Below, in pieces: positions 44,362 through 58,461 of a stretch of 64,000 bases of DNA (position 1 is the first letter of the stretch; every line of letters begins with the position of its first letter). The stretch covers positions 123,938,001-124,002,000 of the forward strand of contig OZ024741.1 of NCBI GenBank assembly GCA_964016885.1, given 5' to 3'. The notes below the pieces were generated by a model. The model had not been told where the DNA came from and did no database searches. It saw only the letters and a program-made list of their open reading frames with translations. This DNA comes from Eledone cirrhosa (lineage: Eukaryota). The position numbers and the translations under genes are program-made.

Positions 44362-45318
44362 TCTATATATATAAAACTGAGGTTGTCTGTCTGTCTATCG
44401 ATTTTTGGCACACATCTCCTCTTAGAATCTCTCACGGAATTGCACCGAAATTGCTATACTTGTACATTGAGCCCTAGCGAAGACATCGGAAAAAAATATT
44501 TCAAATTGACCCGCCCTATCTGACGAAATCGAATATAATGTATCGATTTTTGAGCGTAAGTGATCAGTTATTTCTCTTTGTTCTGTTTACATTGAGCGTC
44601 TGCGTGCAAAAATAAAAAAAATTACGCTGGCTTTCTCAGCGTTTAAAATGACTTTAACACAATACACGAACAGTTGTCGAGCCAGCAAAACTTTGACCTG
44701 CAAAATTCATCAGTTCGAACACTAAACTTCCGTTTTGCTTCATTTCCATTTAAAAGCCTTTTAAAACAATATTTTTACTTGAAAACAAGTCTATTTAAAG
44801 ACTACGTAAAACAAGCAAATATTTCGTAAAAAAAAAGCAAAATTATATAAGTTTATTTAAAATATATGTATCTGTAAATTTCGTTAGGCGTGCAGACAGA
44901 CAGTCGTGCAGAGAGGTGATATACGCGTGCAGACAGATAGTCGTGCAGAGAGGTGATATAGGCGTGCAGACAGATAGTCGTGCAGAGAGGTGATATAGGC
45001 GTGCAGACAGACATAACTGATAATTTGGTTACGCTAATGTTTTTCTCTGCGTTGCAGTGTTTACATTTTCGATCTTTGTTAATAAATAACCAGTGCAGTT
45101 TCTATCCCCAGCATCCTTTTTTGTTATAACATTCGGGTTATCGTTATGTTTTCTTAACTTCATAAGGCATATTGTTGGTTGAGGGAATATTAATCAAAAA
45201 CACCACATGCAAGTCTGCACAGTAGACACTACAGTTTTTAAGCCAAGAAAGAAACTTAACATTGTAACTTTAACGCAGCTACTGAGCGACCCCGAGCAAC
45301 GCCGGGCTTTACTGCTAG
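44362..45318 (+). mobile_element. Non-autonomous Helitron
   Basis: 5' TCTATATATATAAAA, 3' hairpin cccgagcaacgccggg (45291-45306) then CTAG, inserted between A and T with no TSD; empty site in the opposite arm near 41129. Confidence 0.92.
44886..45012 (+). repeat. 37-bp minisatellite inside the Helitron (about 3.4 copies)
   Basis: Unit aggcgtgcagacagatagtcgtgcagagaggtgatat. Confidence 0.92.
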
Positions 45319-45518
45319 TTCTGAATAAAATTATTATTGCTTTTGAAAACAGCTGGTGATATGCATGTAAGTAAATATTCTCTTTATCTGATATTTTGTA
45401 ACTAACCTTACATAGATCAATAACGGAGAAGCTACAATGTATTATCATCATCTAGAAACGATCGTAAAGTAGTGAAGTATATCTCTAATGACTTTATTTT
45501 TTTATTTCATTGTTTTAA

Positions 45519-45735
<217 letters not shown>

Positions 45736-45764
45736 ATATATATATCAATATATATATATATGAA

Positions 45765-46025
45765 GGCGCATGGCCTAGTGGTTAGAGCATTGGGCTTGCA
45801 ATCGAAAGGTTGTGAGTTCAATTCTCGGACCGGGTGATGTGTTGTTTCCTTGAGCAAGACACTCTATTTCATGTTGCTCCAGTTTGCTCAGCTGTAGAAA
45901 TGAGATGAAGAGGTGCCGGCCTGCCCGCCCAGCCAGTGGGATGGCGTTATCTTATGGCTAAAACAGCACGATGTGCTGTGACCAGCGGCGCTGATGGACG
46001 CCCGACAGACTGGTCGGTCAAGGTG
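45765..46025 (+). mobile_element. Second tRNA-headed SINE family
   Basis: GGCGCATGGCCTAGTGGTTAG A-box, GAGTTCAATTC B-box, CCTTGAGCAAGACAC core; older copies near 2921 (+), 3345-3450 (-), 13565-13700 (-) and 16320-16420 (-). Confidence 0.8.
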
Positions 46026-47242
46026 ATATATATATATATATATCATAGATTGAGTTAGAAACTCAAAATAGTCTTTTACAATTAAATAGCTTAAAGAAGG
46101 GAATCTTTCCAAGCCATGTAATATAATTGGATATATGTGAGAGATGAACACATATATAAGTATACATGTGTTCCAATTGTAAATAACCAAGTTAGCTAGA
46201 TTGAAAAAATACTAATTTAAAGCAATATGGTTTGCCTGACTCAATTTAAAGTATTTTTTCAACCTAGCTAACACATGTATACTTATATCTGTGTTTATCT
46301 CTCTCATATATATATATATATATATTAATATATTGTGTATTTACTCCACTAAACTGTTGAGTGCTTTATATCAGTTATAACAATTTTTAAGCTTGTTGAA
46401 TCCCAACAAATTAAATATAACCTTTGCATATATATATATCCAGGGAGTGCAACTTGGAGTTACTGTAGGTTCAACCGGGTGAGCACTCGATGTTTAGGTC
46501 CACTTCAGTGTCGAGGTGTAGAGCTAGACAGAGTGTATTATAGTAAAATAAGATAACAAGGACGATTGGTTACTCCTTCATTACGTTTATTGGTTGGTGA
46601 CGCGCGTTTCGCCACTGATCAGCTCAAGGTTCGATATGTATCGATCTGACCTGACTCTGTAATCCGCGGCTTGTAATGTTAATGGAAGAATGAATACATG
46701 CTGTATGATAAAGTCAGAAGTTCCAATAGTGGTCATTAAAGTTTGTTTTGATTGGTGGATTTCATAGGGATGTTTTTGCTTGAAACGTGTGTGTTGGGGG
46801 GGTGAACAGTTGGTGGTGTCGTTCACAGGTTGAAGTGGGCGGTGGTATGGGGGTGCTGGCTGTCGATAGACAGTTTGGCATGTAGATGTGTCTGTTTTCT
46901 GTGTGGTGTGGGTGGGGTGTTGTTGTTTGTGATAAAGATGAAAGGTTGCGGTGTTTATGGTGGTGTGATGATTGTGTTCGTGGTTTCATTTCCCTAAGGA
47001 GATACATACATACAGACATACGAAGTCTGACAAATATGTAGTGGGGGAGTTTGTTCGACATCATATTTACTGGATCGGATTTTACGATGGATTACAAGTT
47101 AATACATGACAGAAAAGACACATAGAATACATAGGTATTGAGATGAGGGATGTATGGCGATGTTGGTGGTAAACGGTGAGTCTTGTCATTCGAGAGGTTC
47201 ACCTGTGCACAATAGTTGAATCATTTGTGACTCTATTATAAT

Positions 47243-47581
47243 TGTTTCTACTTTCGGCACAAGGCCAGCAATTACCCAGTGCATTACTGGTACTTTATTT
47301 TATCGACCCCGTAAGGATGAAAGGCAAAGTCAACTTCGGTGGGATTTGAAGTCAGATCGTAAAGGGACGTAACTATGCTGGAAAGCATGGCGTCCGACCC
47401 TCTACCGATACTGCCAATCCACCATCTATTATGACTCTATTATAATTGTTTCTACTTTAGGCACAAGGCCAGCAATTACCCAGTACATTACTGGTACTTT
47501 ATTTTATCGACCCCGTAAGGATGAAAGGCAAAGTTAACCTCGGCGGGATTTGAACTCAGAATGTAAAGGGACGTAACTATG
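47243..47581 (-). mobile_element. Two head-to-tail Meta-domain SINE copies
   Basis: Duplication tgactctattataat at 47228 and 47432; a further plus-strand 3' fragment at 47767-47862. Confidence 0.9.
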
Positions 47582-48261
47582 GTCATACAAAAAGGAGTGT
47601 CATACACCATCACCGTCCCTGCCACCATTATCACCACCATCAATACCTCCATCTTTAGCAGCAACAACTAAAACACCAACAGCATAAACATCATTATCAT
47701 CATCACCAACACCACCACTATTGACATTACCACAATTACTGCTGCCGCAGATCTATCATTATCATTCCGAGGTTAACTTTACCTTTCATCCTTACGGGGT
47801 CGATAGAATAAAGTACCAGTAATGTACTGGTAATTGCTGGCCTTGTGCCTAAAGTAGAAACAATTATCATTACCACCAACACAACCCTCAACAACAACAA
47901 TGACAATGGCGACAACATCACTACCACTGCCACCAACACTACCAGCATCACTACCATTATCACAGCGATGGCCAACACAACTTTTATCTCTACAACACTA
48001 ACACCACCACCACCACCAGCAACAACAACTCAATCACCACCACCACCTCCAACACCACAGCCACCACCAACAACAACAACACCCCCACTACCATCTCTAC
48101 TACAACCACTACAGTATACACAACTTCTATCACTACAACACCAACACACCACTATCAGCAACAACAACACCATCACCGACACCGCCACCACCACCACCAC
48201 CAACAACAACATCCCGACTACCACCTCTACCACTACCACCACCATCAGTAACAATAACACC

Positions 48262-48292
<31 letters not shown>

Positions 48293-48617
48293 CCCCCACT
48301 ATCATACCTACAGTACCCAATATCCATATCTGACATCTGTATTATGATACATTAGGCAATGAACCAATTGTTCATGCTAGCATGGATTAGAATTGGTCAG
48401 CCTGTTATATGCCTACCCATCACTATTTATCTCTTTCTGTACTACACTACTCTCTCACTCCCTTGTTTTATATCTATATTCTAACTATCTCCCTATTATT
48501 TATATCTATCTATAACTATCTATTTATTTCTCTCTATGTAAATCCATCTCTTTTTCTTTCTCCATTCTCTCCATTTCCTTCATACTAGTCTCTCTCTCTC
48601 TCTGTCTGTATGTCTCT

Positions 48618-48730
<113 letters not shown>

Positions 48731-49353
48731 TATATCTCTTTATATATATATAATATATATCTCTTTATATATATATAATATATATATATCTCTTTATATA
48801 TATATATATATATATATATACCCTTCTATTTCTCCCTCTTTCCTCTTCATCCCAACACATTCCCTTTCCCCCTTCATCTTCAATCATTTCTTTTCTTAAT
48901 CTGAACTGTCTTATGGATTAGCTAAAGTAAGTTCATCTTGACCCCTTGCACATTCCCAATGCTTCTCTAACCTAAGTCTGCCTTGGCTAACATCCACACT
49001 TAATTCTTTACTGATCTGAAAGGCGATTTACTATTATTTCATTCCAAATGCACAGTTGCTGATATGATTTTTGTTATGATTATATTTACCACCATCACCA
49101 TCATCTTTAATATCTCTATTTTATCTATTACCATCATTTACAGGGTGTACTGTATGTGCTGTCATGTTGTTAACGAAAGATAGGTTGTCATGTCTTTGAC
49201 ATAACTGAAAAGTCTTCTCAAAAATATATTTGGCAACTTTTCTTGTACTTGACACCCTTCCTATCACCAATCACTTTACATATGTTTTGAGTTCAAACCA
49301 TGCTACCAGATGTTAAATGATATTGATGAGGATGATTTTACGTATATACATAT

Positions 49354-49592
49354 ATATTATTCAGAATATTAATAAATGAAGACATTCACATAATCAAAAT
49401 ATATATTTTATTATATATATTTCGAAGGTACTGTGCTGTTTTTTCAGTACGTCCTCGTCAGATAAAATACATGAATTGATTATGCGAATGTCTTCATTTA
49501 TTAATATTCTGAATAATATCAATAACTCCAGAAAACTTCTATTGTAAAACTATATTCATTGAGTAATCAATAAACCATATTAATCTTTGGTT
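49354..49592. mobile_element. Small fold-back insert with intact HHR
   Basis: Arms 49354-49397 and 49476-49519, tail 49520-49592. Confidence 0.82.
49404..49469 (-). ncRNA. Type I hammerhead ribozyme
   Basis: tattttat CTGACGA gga(c)gtactg..cagtac(c)ttc GAAA tatata TA ataaaata; AUA triplet. Confidence 0.85.
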
Positions 49593-49932
49593 ATATACAT
49601 ATATATATATATATTATATATATATATATGTATGTATATAGCAGACAGTATTATTGATTTAGGTGTCATAGAAACCCTGCATTTGGATTTTGCCATCAAT
49701 TCCAGTGGGTCCAGGTCTGTTTTTATCATTTATTTTGTTTGACCTGTTTAGCTTGATTTGTTTTTTAGCTTAGGTAGTTAATGCCGCCTTGACCACTTTT
49801 TCAGTTTGTATGGCATTTTAACATATTGTTTAGCTCTGGCTTTTTAACTATTGAGCGCTTGCCAGCATAACTCTGATTTTGCATTTTGTTTCGCTTTTTC
49901 TACCCGCCGAAATGCGATTCTCGCTGAATTTA

Positions 49933-49993
<61 letters not shown>

Positions 49994-50096
49994 TACTCAC
50001 TCTACTACCCTAAGTATCGAGTACTCTGGTGCGTTATAGTCCACCAGGTTTCTTACCACATTTTCTTTGTTATATGTATGAGTGTGTGTGTGTGTC

Positions 50097-50262
<166 letters not shown>

Positions 50263-51543
50263 ATGCTGGTACCATAATACATTTTTCCAGAAGTTCCTCT
50301 GTAAAATGATTGCTGATAGAAAAGGTAACTTGCCATACAAAACTTGCCAAAACCAGAAACTATGTAAATGAGACGTGAAATTCTACCCCTGCTCATGTGG
50401 TGGGACAGTAACTTTGATTGTGTTATGACTTGTTCAACCCATGCCAGCATAGAAAAACAGAAATTATATGATGATTATGACAATGATATATTTCATAAAA
50501 AGCATGGATTGTGTTTTTATGGGTCTGCATGCAGCTGTCATAATGTATGTATAGATATGTGCGAATGTGTGTCTAAGTATGTATATGTATGAATCTAAAT
50601 ATATATATATATCGTATATATACATATGTACATATGTATGTATGTATTTCCTAAAGTATAAGATTATATAATTCCATCATTTCTCCTAGTTAATCCAGTC
50701 ATCATTGTGATTAGTAGAACCATATTTTTACTACATATCTCTCCATTGGCATTACCTGCTACCAAATTCTTAGTTTATAACAAAGATAATTTTTAGTTTA
50801 TTGCAAAGATAATTAGTTTATTGCAAAGTCTTTGGAAACACACATTTTATTAAAGAAATAGGAACACATGATTTTTGTGTATGAATATAAAAAATATAAT
50901 GGGCTTAGTGTAAACATTATCATCATTATTTTCATCATCACACTTGCTGCTGACATCATGAATATCATCATCGGATTTATTATGAATATCATCATCATGA
51001 CCCTCGATATCATTATTACTATATCATCACCGCCACCTCCATGCCATTTTCATAAAAATTGTCCCCATCCCCACCACCATCATCTTCAACATATTTATCA
51101 TCTTCAATATCATGATCAATGATATCTTCATCAACAACACCACCACCTTTTCCACCATCACCATCTTCCTCACCATTCCCACAACATTCATCACCACCAC
51201 TACAAAATGTTGATAGAATTAGTAGTATAACAAGTTAGTTATATGAGTGAAACCCTTCAAATGTTTTATTATTTTCAAGATATCTTCAAATCATAAAAAC
51301 ATGAAAACAAAACAGTGTTGAATAATAATCATCTAAAACCTCTTAATATAATTGTATATAGGTATAGTTCATAATACTAGATATATAATGAGAAAATTGG
51401 TTATTTTACTAAATCTCACCAAGATATTTGAAAATCATAGATAGTGTATTTTATTAGAAATATAGTAACAAATGGATTAACATTTTCACTCACAATTTTT
51501 TGAAGGTATCTTTGTAAAGTCATGTTCCAAATATCAGCTAAAT

Positions 51544-51707
51544 CAATCATGGCCAACATTTTCTGAGCAGTGGGTAGCATAGGATGTGGCTCATCATAAT
51601 GTGAGCCAAACTACTAATAAATTCAAGGTAACTTTGAAATTAGGTGTGCTATTGAGAAAGCCAAATGGGCCGCATTCGGCTTGCAGCTTGCAGTTTGCCC
51701 TGCCCTG
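51544..51707 (+). mobile_element. hAT (Charlie-like) MITE
   Basis: Ends caatcatggccaac / gtttgccctgccctg, subterminal gggccgcattcggc, 8-bp TSD-like agctaaat / gactaaat. Confidence 0.6.
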
Positions 51708-52773
51708 GACTAAATCCCTCCAAATTTATTTATTATTTTTGAAATGATTTGAGAATCATAGGTAGTATATTTCATTAGAAATATGGTAATGAAAAGACAA
51801 AAGCATTAACAAAAAATTAGGTTTGATTCATTCACATTTGATTTCCCCTTAAACTCTTTCTCTATCTATCTAGCAATCTACCTACTACTGGCTCCCTCTA
51901 CATATTTCTCTAAGTCAATCTACAGCTCTCTCTAAAAACTGAATGATACTATTTAGTTGATTTTATTTTCCATCCCTTTTGTTTGAACAAACCATAATGT
52001 TCCTGATACAACAAAGGAATTCACTATATAGTTGCTCACCATGCTAGAAATAGCAGTCATATTAAACATATTTCCTATCCCCCATTATATAATCTTAAAC
52101 AAATGAAGAAAACTCTGGTTTAACATAGTCCTACATACACTGTATATAACACAAAAAGCATTTTAAAACATTCTCCCTACTAAACAAGGGTTTAGCTGAG
52201 GCCTGCTAGAAATAACAGATTAATTTATCTCTCATTTCCAACTACAATCTTAAAGAATGGAAAAAAAGCACTGCTATAATATGAAGGAATTCTTTCTATT
52301 AAAGCAGGTCTTAGCCTTGTGGGCCTAATGACAAGCTTCATACTACCATCATCATCACGACCACCTCCACTATTACCATCAAAACCAACACCATCATCAA
52401 CACCACAAACACCACCACCACTGCCATAATATCCATCATCGTCACCACCACCATAACTGATCATGGTGTCCTTTCTGAGGCAATATTTTATAGCTAAATG
52501 CCTTCCCTGGCACCTTTTAATCCATTCATGTGATATGCTGTGATATTATATTCCTATGATATTTCAAGCATTATATCAGAAGGGAAATTTGGATGAAGTA
52601 GTTTTATTAGCATATGTGACATAAAAATATGACAGGGGATCATGACTGGAACAGTTTGATTACAGGTTTCTTGGGGTTAAACAACAATAACAACAATAGA
52701 GTTCTGACATCATGTAACCTATGAGAGAACTTATACACAGTAACTGATAAAAATAGCAGTCAAATTTCCTTAA

Positions 52774-52988
52774 CCCTTTAGCATTTACCTTACTCTATAT
52801 ATACTGTTATATTTTCACAGTAAAGTCTTTACCTAACATCTCACATAATATCGATTCTTTTAGATTTGGATATTATTTGTTTTGAGAACAATATCCTAAC
52901 TTCAGTATGAGTGGCTGGTTACAGCTGGTTTGAACAGCAAGAGGTGAGAGAAGTCTAGCCGGATACAGCTGGTTTAAATTATAAAGGG
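52774..52988 (+). mobile_element. piggyBac-type MITE
   Basis: TTAA|CCCTTTAGCATTTA ... TAAATTATAAAGGG|TTAA; inverted copy at 53391 to about 53610. Confidence 0.8.
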
Positions 52989-54726
52989 TTAAATCATTCT
53001 ATACTGTTTTAAAAAAAATATATACACATTTGATAAAGTTATACCTGACATATTTTGCCTGGGTAAAAAAGGAGACAACCATGCTTGATATCATTTGGGA
53101 TCACTGGACTGCTGAATTAGAATGAAACCAGGACATAAACACATGATCATCATTTAGTTCTGCCTTCTATCCAGGTAGGAGTTGGATGAGTCATTATGGT
53201 CTAATGCAAGAAGGGCCAAAGAACCGTGTTGTGATAAGTTATATATAATGGCATAGTTTCTACAGCTGAATAAAGTGAACCACTTTACAAAGTGTACTGG
53301 GTACACATAAGGGTTCCAGTACTTTACAGATTGTACTGAGTGGATTATATTGACACCATGACTGCCACTTTATAGAGTGGTAGATTTTAACCCTTTTGCA
53401 TTTAAACCGGCCATATATGGTCAGAATTCTCTCACCTCTTGGTTGTAACTGGCCACTCATACTGATGTTAAAGTATTGCCCTTAAAATAAATAATATCAA
53501 AATCTCATTTGATATTATGTGAGGTAATGATGTGAATAAAGACTTTACCACAAAAATACAATAGTAAATATAAAAATACAATAGTAAATACGATAGTAAA
53601 TACAAATGTTCATAGCAATACTTACAAGTCATCTCTAACTTATATTATCTCCATTTTAATATAAATTATAGCCATCCAAACTCTGTTCTAAAACAGTCAG
53701 GTGTGTGCATGGGCCATAAATTTTGTATTTACTTCAAAATATAATTTAGTTATGGCTCACACATTCATAAGCTTAGCTGGTAGCTGGCTTCTTATGAGGT
53801 GCAACATCATAGGAAGTTTGTTTGGTGTCTTAATGATAGGAGCCCAGTTGTAACATATCAATATCTTCTAGGGAAAGATGTCTGGATTTGAACTCAGAAC
53901 ACTGCTGGCCTGAACAGATACCACAAGGTATCATGCTCTTACAATTCCTCCAACCCATTCCTCTAGTTTTGTACTTTATTAATCAACTCTGACATGGTCA
54001 TATTTAAGATTGACAAGATGGCATTTGAAGTAAGAATGCAGCTGGCCAGAATAGAAATCATGAAGCATCATGTCTAGCACTCTACTAATTCTGCTAATCC
54101 ACATGCCTGGACTGGTATTTCATTATCAACCCCAATAGGATGAAAGACAAAGTTGTCTGCCATTGAGCGATAAGAGCTCAAAACACAGGTGGTTAGTTTA
54201 ATTGCCAGGAGGCTTCTTGTCCGATACTCTAAGAATTCCACCAAACCACAACTTTACACTTCAACTTTTATCATCCATCTTAATAAGATGAAAGATGTCT
54301 ATTAGACAATAAATTTTTAGATAGAATTATATATATTCTTTCAGGCTCTCTGCAATTTGAGTAGGAATCAAGTCAAGGACAATTTTGCTTTCTTTTCTTT
54401 CGAGGTCGATAAATAAACTGCCAGTTCAATACTGGAGGTAATTTTCTCTTTATCTCTCTGTCTCTCTCTCTCTCTACCACTCTCTCTTGCTTTAACACAC
54501 TCTCTATTCTTATATTTATTTATCAATCTGTCTATCTCCTCCTCTTGTTCTTTCTTCCTCTGGAATATGTTAGCTGTGTTCTGATTGGGAGAGTGATGGG
54601 TTCTTCCACGATTAAATAACATAGCAGTCACCATACAATTCCATTAAGAGATAAGGGCTTATGTGGGGATGGAATGTAATGTAAGCTCTTATTCATGGCA
54701 TATATGTGTTTATATATACACATTAA

Positions 54727-55149
54727 CCCTTTAGTATTTGCATTACTTTATATATTCTATTGTATTTTCACAGTAAAGGCTTGATCTCACATAATTATCT
54801 CACAAAATATCAAATCTATAAGATTTTGATATTATTTATTTTGAGGACGGTGGATTGGCAGTATCGGTAGAGAGTCGGACACCATGCTTTGAAGCATAGA
54901 GTTACGTCCCTTTATGATCTGAGTTCAAATCCTGCCGAGGTTAACTTTGCCTTTCATCCTTAAATGGGTCGATTAAATAAAGTACCAGTAATGTACTGGG
55001 TATTTGCTGGCCTTGTGCCTAAAATAGAAAGAATTATTTATTTTGAGGACAATACCTTAACATAAGCATGAGCAGCGAGTTATGGCTGGTTTGAACAGAA
55101 AGACGTGAGCCCATCCTGGACGGATATGGCCGGTTTAAATGCTAAAGGG
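54727..55149 (+). mobile_element. piggyBac-type MITE with nested SINE (54849-55032)
   Basis: TTAA flanks, CCCTTTAG/CTAAAGGG termini; SINE has an 18-bp TSD attatttattttgaggac. Confidence 0.85.
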
Positions 55150-55837
55150 TTAAGGTGCAATGAGGCAAAGCAGCAAAGCATGGACATTGAATGCAAAGGA
55201 TGTGTGAAAGATATGAGGGGAAATATGTTCAATTAGATGCGTAATGTTAGACTGAATGTTTATGGATGATAAACTTTATGTGAAGAAATGCAAACAGAAC
55301 TAAGAGAAAGGAAAATGGAGAAGAAGATTACCAAGGTAATCATGTTAAGAAGTGGTGAATGCTTATCTGAGGATACTGAAACTCACAAAGGCCATAAATA
55401 AGGGACTGCAACGGGTGGTAACATACTCTGCTGAAGATAATCCATGAGTCATGCAAAGAAGAAAAATGTATGTAGAAATGTTGATGATGATGATGGTAGT
55501 GAATCATAAGTCTTCAACAAAATGTTTCAAGGCCAGCAATTTGGGAGAAGGTGGCATTTTATTTTAGTAACCTTGTAAGAAAAGCTAACTTCAGCTAGAT
55601 TTGAACTCAGAACAAAAAATTATAACTTGGAGGAGCGTGTGTCGATTAAACTGACACCAGTGTGCATTACTGGTACTTTATCAACTCCATAAGCAAGAAA
55701 GGCGTTTTATCAACCCCCATAACTATTTGAGCTCAGAACATAGAAAATTATAACTAAATACTACAAAGCATTTTATAATACCCTCTACAGATACTGCCAA
55801 TCTAATAATGATAATTCTAATAATAATAATAATAATT

Positions 55838-56268
55838 TTAGAATGATCCAACAAGTGCAAAAAATTGTTTTAACTAGTACAGCACATCTACTGAGAAGAA
55901 CACTATTGCTGTGAGAAAGATAATCATCTATGTAATTTTTTTTTACTTAACTTTATTAGATTATATTCCATAATTATGTAAGTTGTTAATAATTGAGCAC
56001 TCTTATATGATTGAATATCATTCTGTTGTAAATATGATTTTAAACTGATAATGTGCACATGTCATCATCATCATCATCATCATCATCGTTTAACATCTAT
56101 CTTCCACGTTAGCATGGGTTTAGCATGTATAAAAGCAAATGATATACATGTAACTGTGTAAAGTGTGCGATGTGAACAATCTGCTGTGTTTATGTTGTGC
56201 TAGGTATTGGGAAGAGACTTGGCAAGAAATGGAATCAAAACTGAAGGAAGAGGAAAAACAGACTACAA
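55838..56268 (+). mobile_element. 3' end of a Dong/R4-like RLE LINE within (TAA)n
   Basis: IQQVQKIVLTSTAHLLRRTL* matches the QK..L..TAHILR C-terminal motif; (AAT)n on both sides. Confidence 0.6.
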
Positions 56269-56331
56269 TAATAATAATAATCCATAAGGGTTCAAGCTTA
56301 AATAGACTGTAATGATAATAACAATAATAAA

Positions 56332-57180
56332 ATTTACATGAACAGGACTGCCATGCGCGGCCAGGGTGGAAGTGGTATCAAGACTGGCGGCTGTAAAATC
56401 AGTTGTCTGGAATTAGCAGATGACATGGTGTTAATTAACTCAACAAAGGATGATCTTTTACTTGCACTTAATAGATTTGATGCCAAGCACTGCATGGCTG
56501 GAATGAAAATCAGTGCTGCACAAATTCAGACATTCGTCCCCTCAAGGAAGCCTGTGCAGTGCACTTAACATGTGAATAGAGTTCCACTGAAGGAGGTAGA
56601 GATGTTCATGAGGTGATGGAAGGCAGGAGGTTGAATTAAGTGCAAGAATTGCAAAAGCTGGTGCAGTAATGCACCGACTTCAGCATTCAGTAATCAGAAG
56701 AAGGGAGGTAGGATAAAAGCCAAACTCACTATCTTCAAATCAGTTTTCGTGCCAACCCTTACTAATGGTCGTGAATCTCGCATAATAAATGAAATAATAT
56801 GATCGCAAACACAAGAGGCCAAAATAGGATTCCTCCGAACGGTTTTTGAAGTAACATTACTTGATAAAGTGCATAACCTGGAGATCAGAGAGTCACTCCA
56901 GGTAGAGCTGCTACTTCTCCGAATTGAGTAATCATGGCTCCGATACTGAGGGTATATTGTTAGAATGTCTCAGGAAAGAAACACTGGACAGATTTGAAGG
57001 GCAAAACCAATCAGCAAGAGACCCAGTAGTAGACCTTGAGCAAGATGGTTGGATACCATCTATGAGCTTGGCTGGTCACGCTTGGGGATCCAGGTGGATC
57101 AGATGGAGATGATGGCTTCCGACAGGACCTGCTGGAAGGAGTCTTTAAGGACTCTGCCCCCATGATCCTCCCAGGAATAA
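56332..57180 (+). mobile_element. 5'-truncated RTE-clade LINE (RT C-terminal half, decayed)
   Basis: ISCLELADDMVL, GMKIS, ARIAKAG, KAKLTIFKSVFVPTLTNG, LRY*GYIVRM, RP..RP..RW motifs with stops. Confidence 0.88.
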
Positions 57181-57239
57181 GTGGGCAAAGAAGAAGTATA
57201 GAGAATAAAGAAAAACCAATGTAGAGATAAATATTTAAT

Positions 57240-58090
57240 CTTCACCATCACCACAACGATCACAACCACCACCATCACTACAAGTACCAACACCATTATT
57301 TCCAGCACACCAACACCACCATCATCACAACCATCACCACTGTTTGTTACCACCATCAGCATCACCACCACCACCACCACCACCACCACCACTATTACTA
57401 TCAACATCACCACTGCCACAATCACCACCACCACCACCGCCACAACCACCACCACCACCACTACCTACACCAGTACCACAACCATCACCACTATGTCTGT
57501 TACCACCACCATTCCCACAACAAGTAAACATAACTCTTCACATTAAGAATAAAAGAAATTTGAAAGAGGAGATACGTAGGAAAACACAAAAACAAAAAAA
57601 TGTAAACCTTTAAATAATTCTCAAATGTAATTAACCTTGTGTGACACTGGATCATCAACATCATCAACACCATCATCATCAACGTCTGTATTACCATCCC
57701 CACCATCACTATCATCACTGCCATCACCATCACTACCATCACCACCAGCGTCACTATTACCATCCCTATCATCATCATCATCATCACTGCCATCACTCCT
57801 ATCACCAACAACCTCATCATTACCATCACCACCATCGTCCTGAACATCATCCTTAACATCATCACCATCATCAACATTGTCATCATCATCATCAGCAAAA
57901 CCAACACCACCACCATTGTCATCAACACCATCATCATCATTATCACTGCCATCACTACCAACGTCATCACCACCGACATCACCACCAACAGCACCATCAT
58001 CATCACTGTCATCACCACCATCATTTTCCTCATCAACATCATATTATGTACCATAAACGACATCACCACCAAACATAGCATAACCACCAA
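57240..58090. repeat. Degenerate (CAC/CAT)n low-complexity tract
   Basis: Read directly; similar tracts at 47600-48330, 50900-51200, 52340-52460 and 60300-60780. Confidence 0.9.
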
Positions 58091-58268
58091 CCAGTACAAC
58101 CAGAGACATAGGCTCACAAATGCATGCATACATACACATATGTATATATACACACACAGATGCATCAATGTATATACATATAGATGTATACATACAAACA
58201 CACATATAGATACACATACATATAGATGTATGAATTCAAACACACAGACATGTACGTACACAGGCATA

Positions 58269-58461
58269 CGAGGGTCGGATTAAAATTTCATGAGGTGACC
58301 AAGATATTCTCATTGAATGACCAAAGGAGGCTTATTTTTCAAAATAGTCCCTAGAAAGAAACAACGCAGTTATTAATGAGTTGAAATTAATCCATGCAAG
58401 ATTTCACAGCTCTAGCATCACTCTTTCATAGTCAGCCTATGTACTGTTCAGTCGACCCTCG
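58269..58461 (-). mobile_element. Mariner-derived MITE
   Basis: TA|CGAGGGTCG ... CGACCCTCG|TA; right half is the reverse complement of the 5' end of the 14734 mariner. Confidence 0.85.

Noticed and set aside
44886-45012. 37-bp and 18-bp arrays as CRISPR-like
   Set aside because: No unique spacers, no cas genes, eukaryotic context.
45765-45840. tRNA gene
   Set aside because: The acceptor stem does not close and the sequence runs into a SINE body.
46590-46680. Minus-strand GAAA cgcgcg TC with a long stem II
   Set aside because: Likely a PLE HHR remnant, but the CUGANGA half is missing, so not called.
47845-48333. Mucin-like T/P/N-rich ORF (also H/M/V-rich ORFs at 57.1-58.3 kb)
   Set aside because: Degenerate trinucleotide repeats; this one starts inside a SINE tail.
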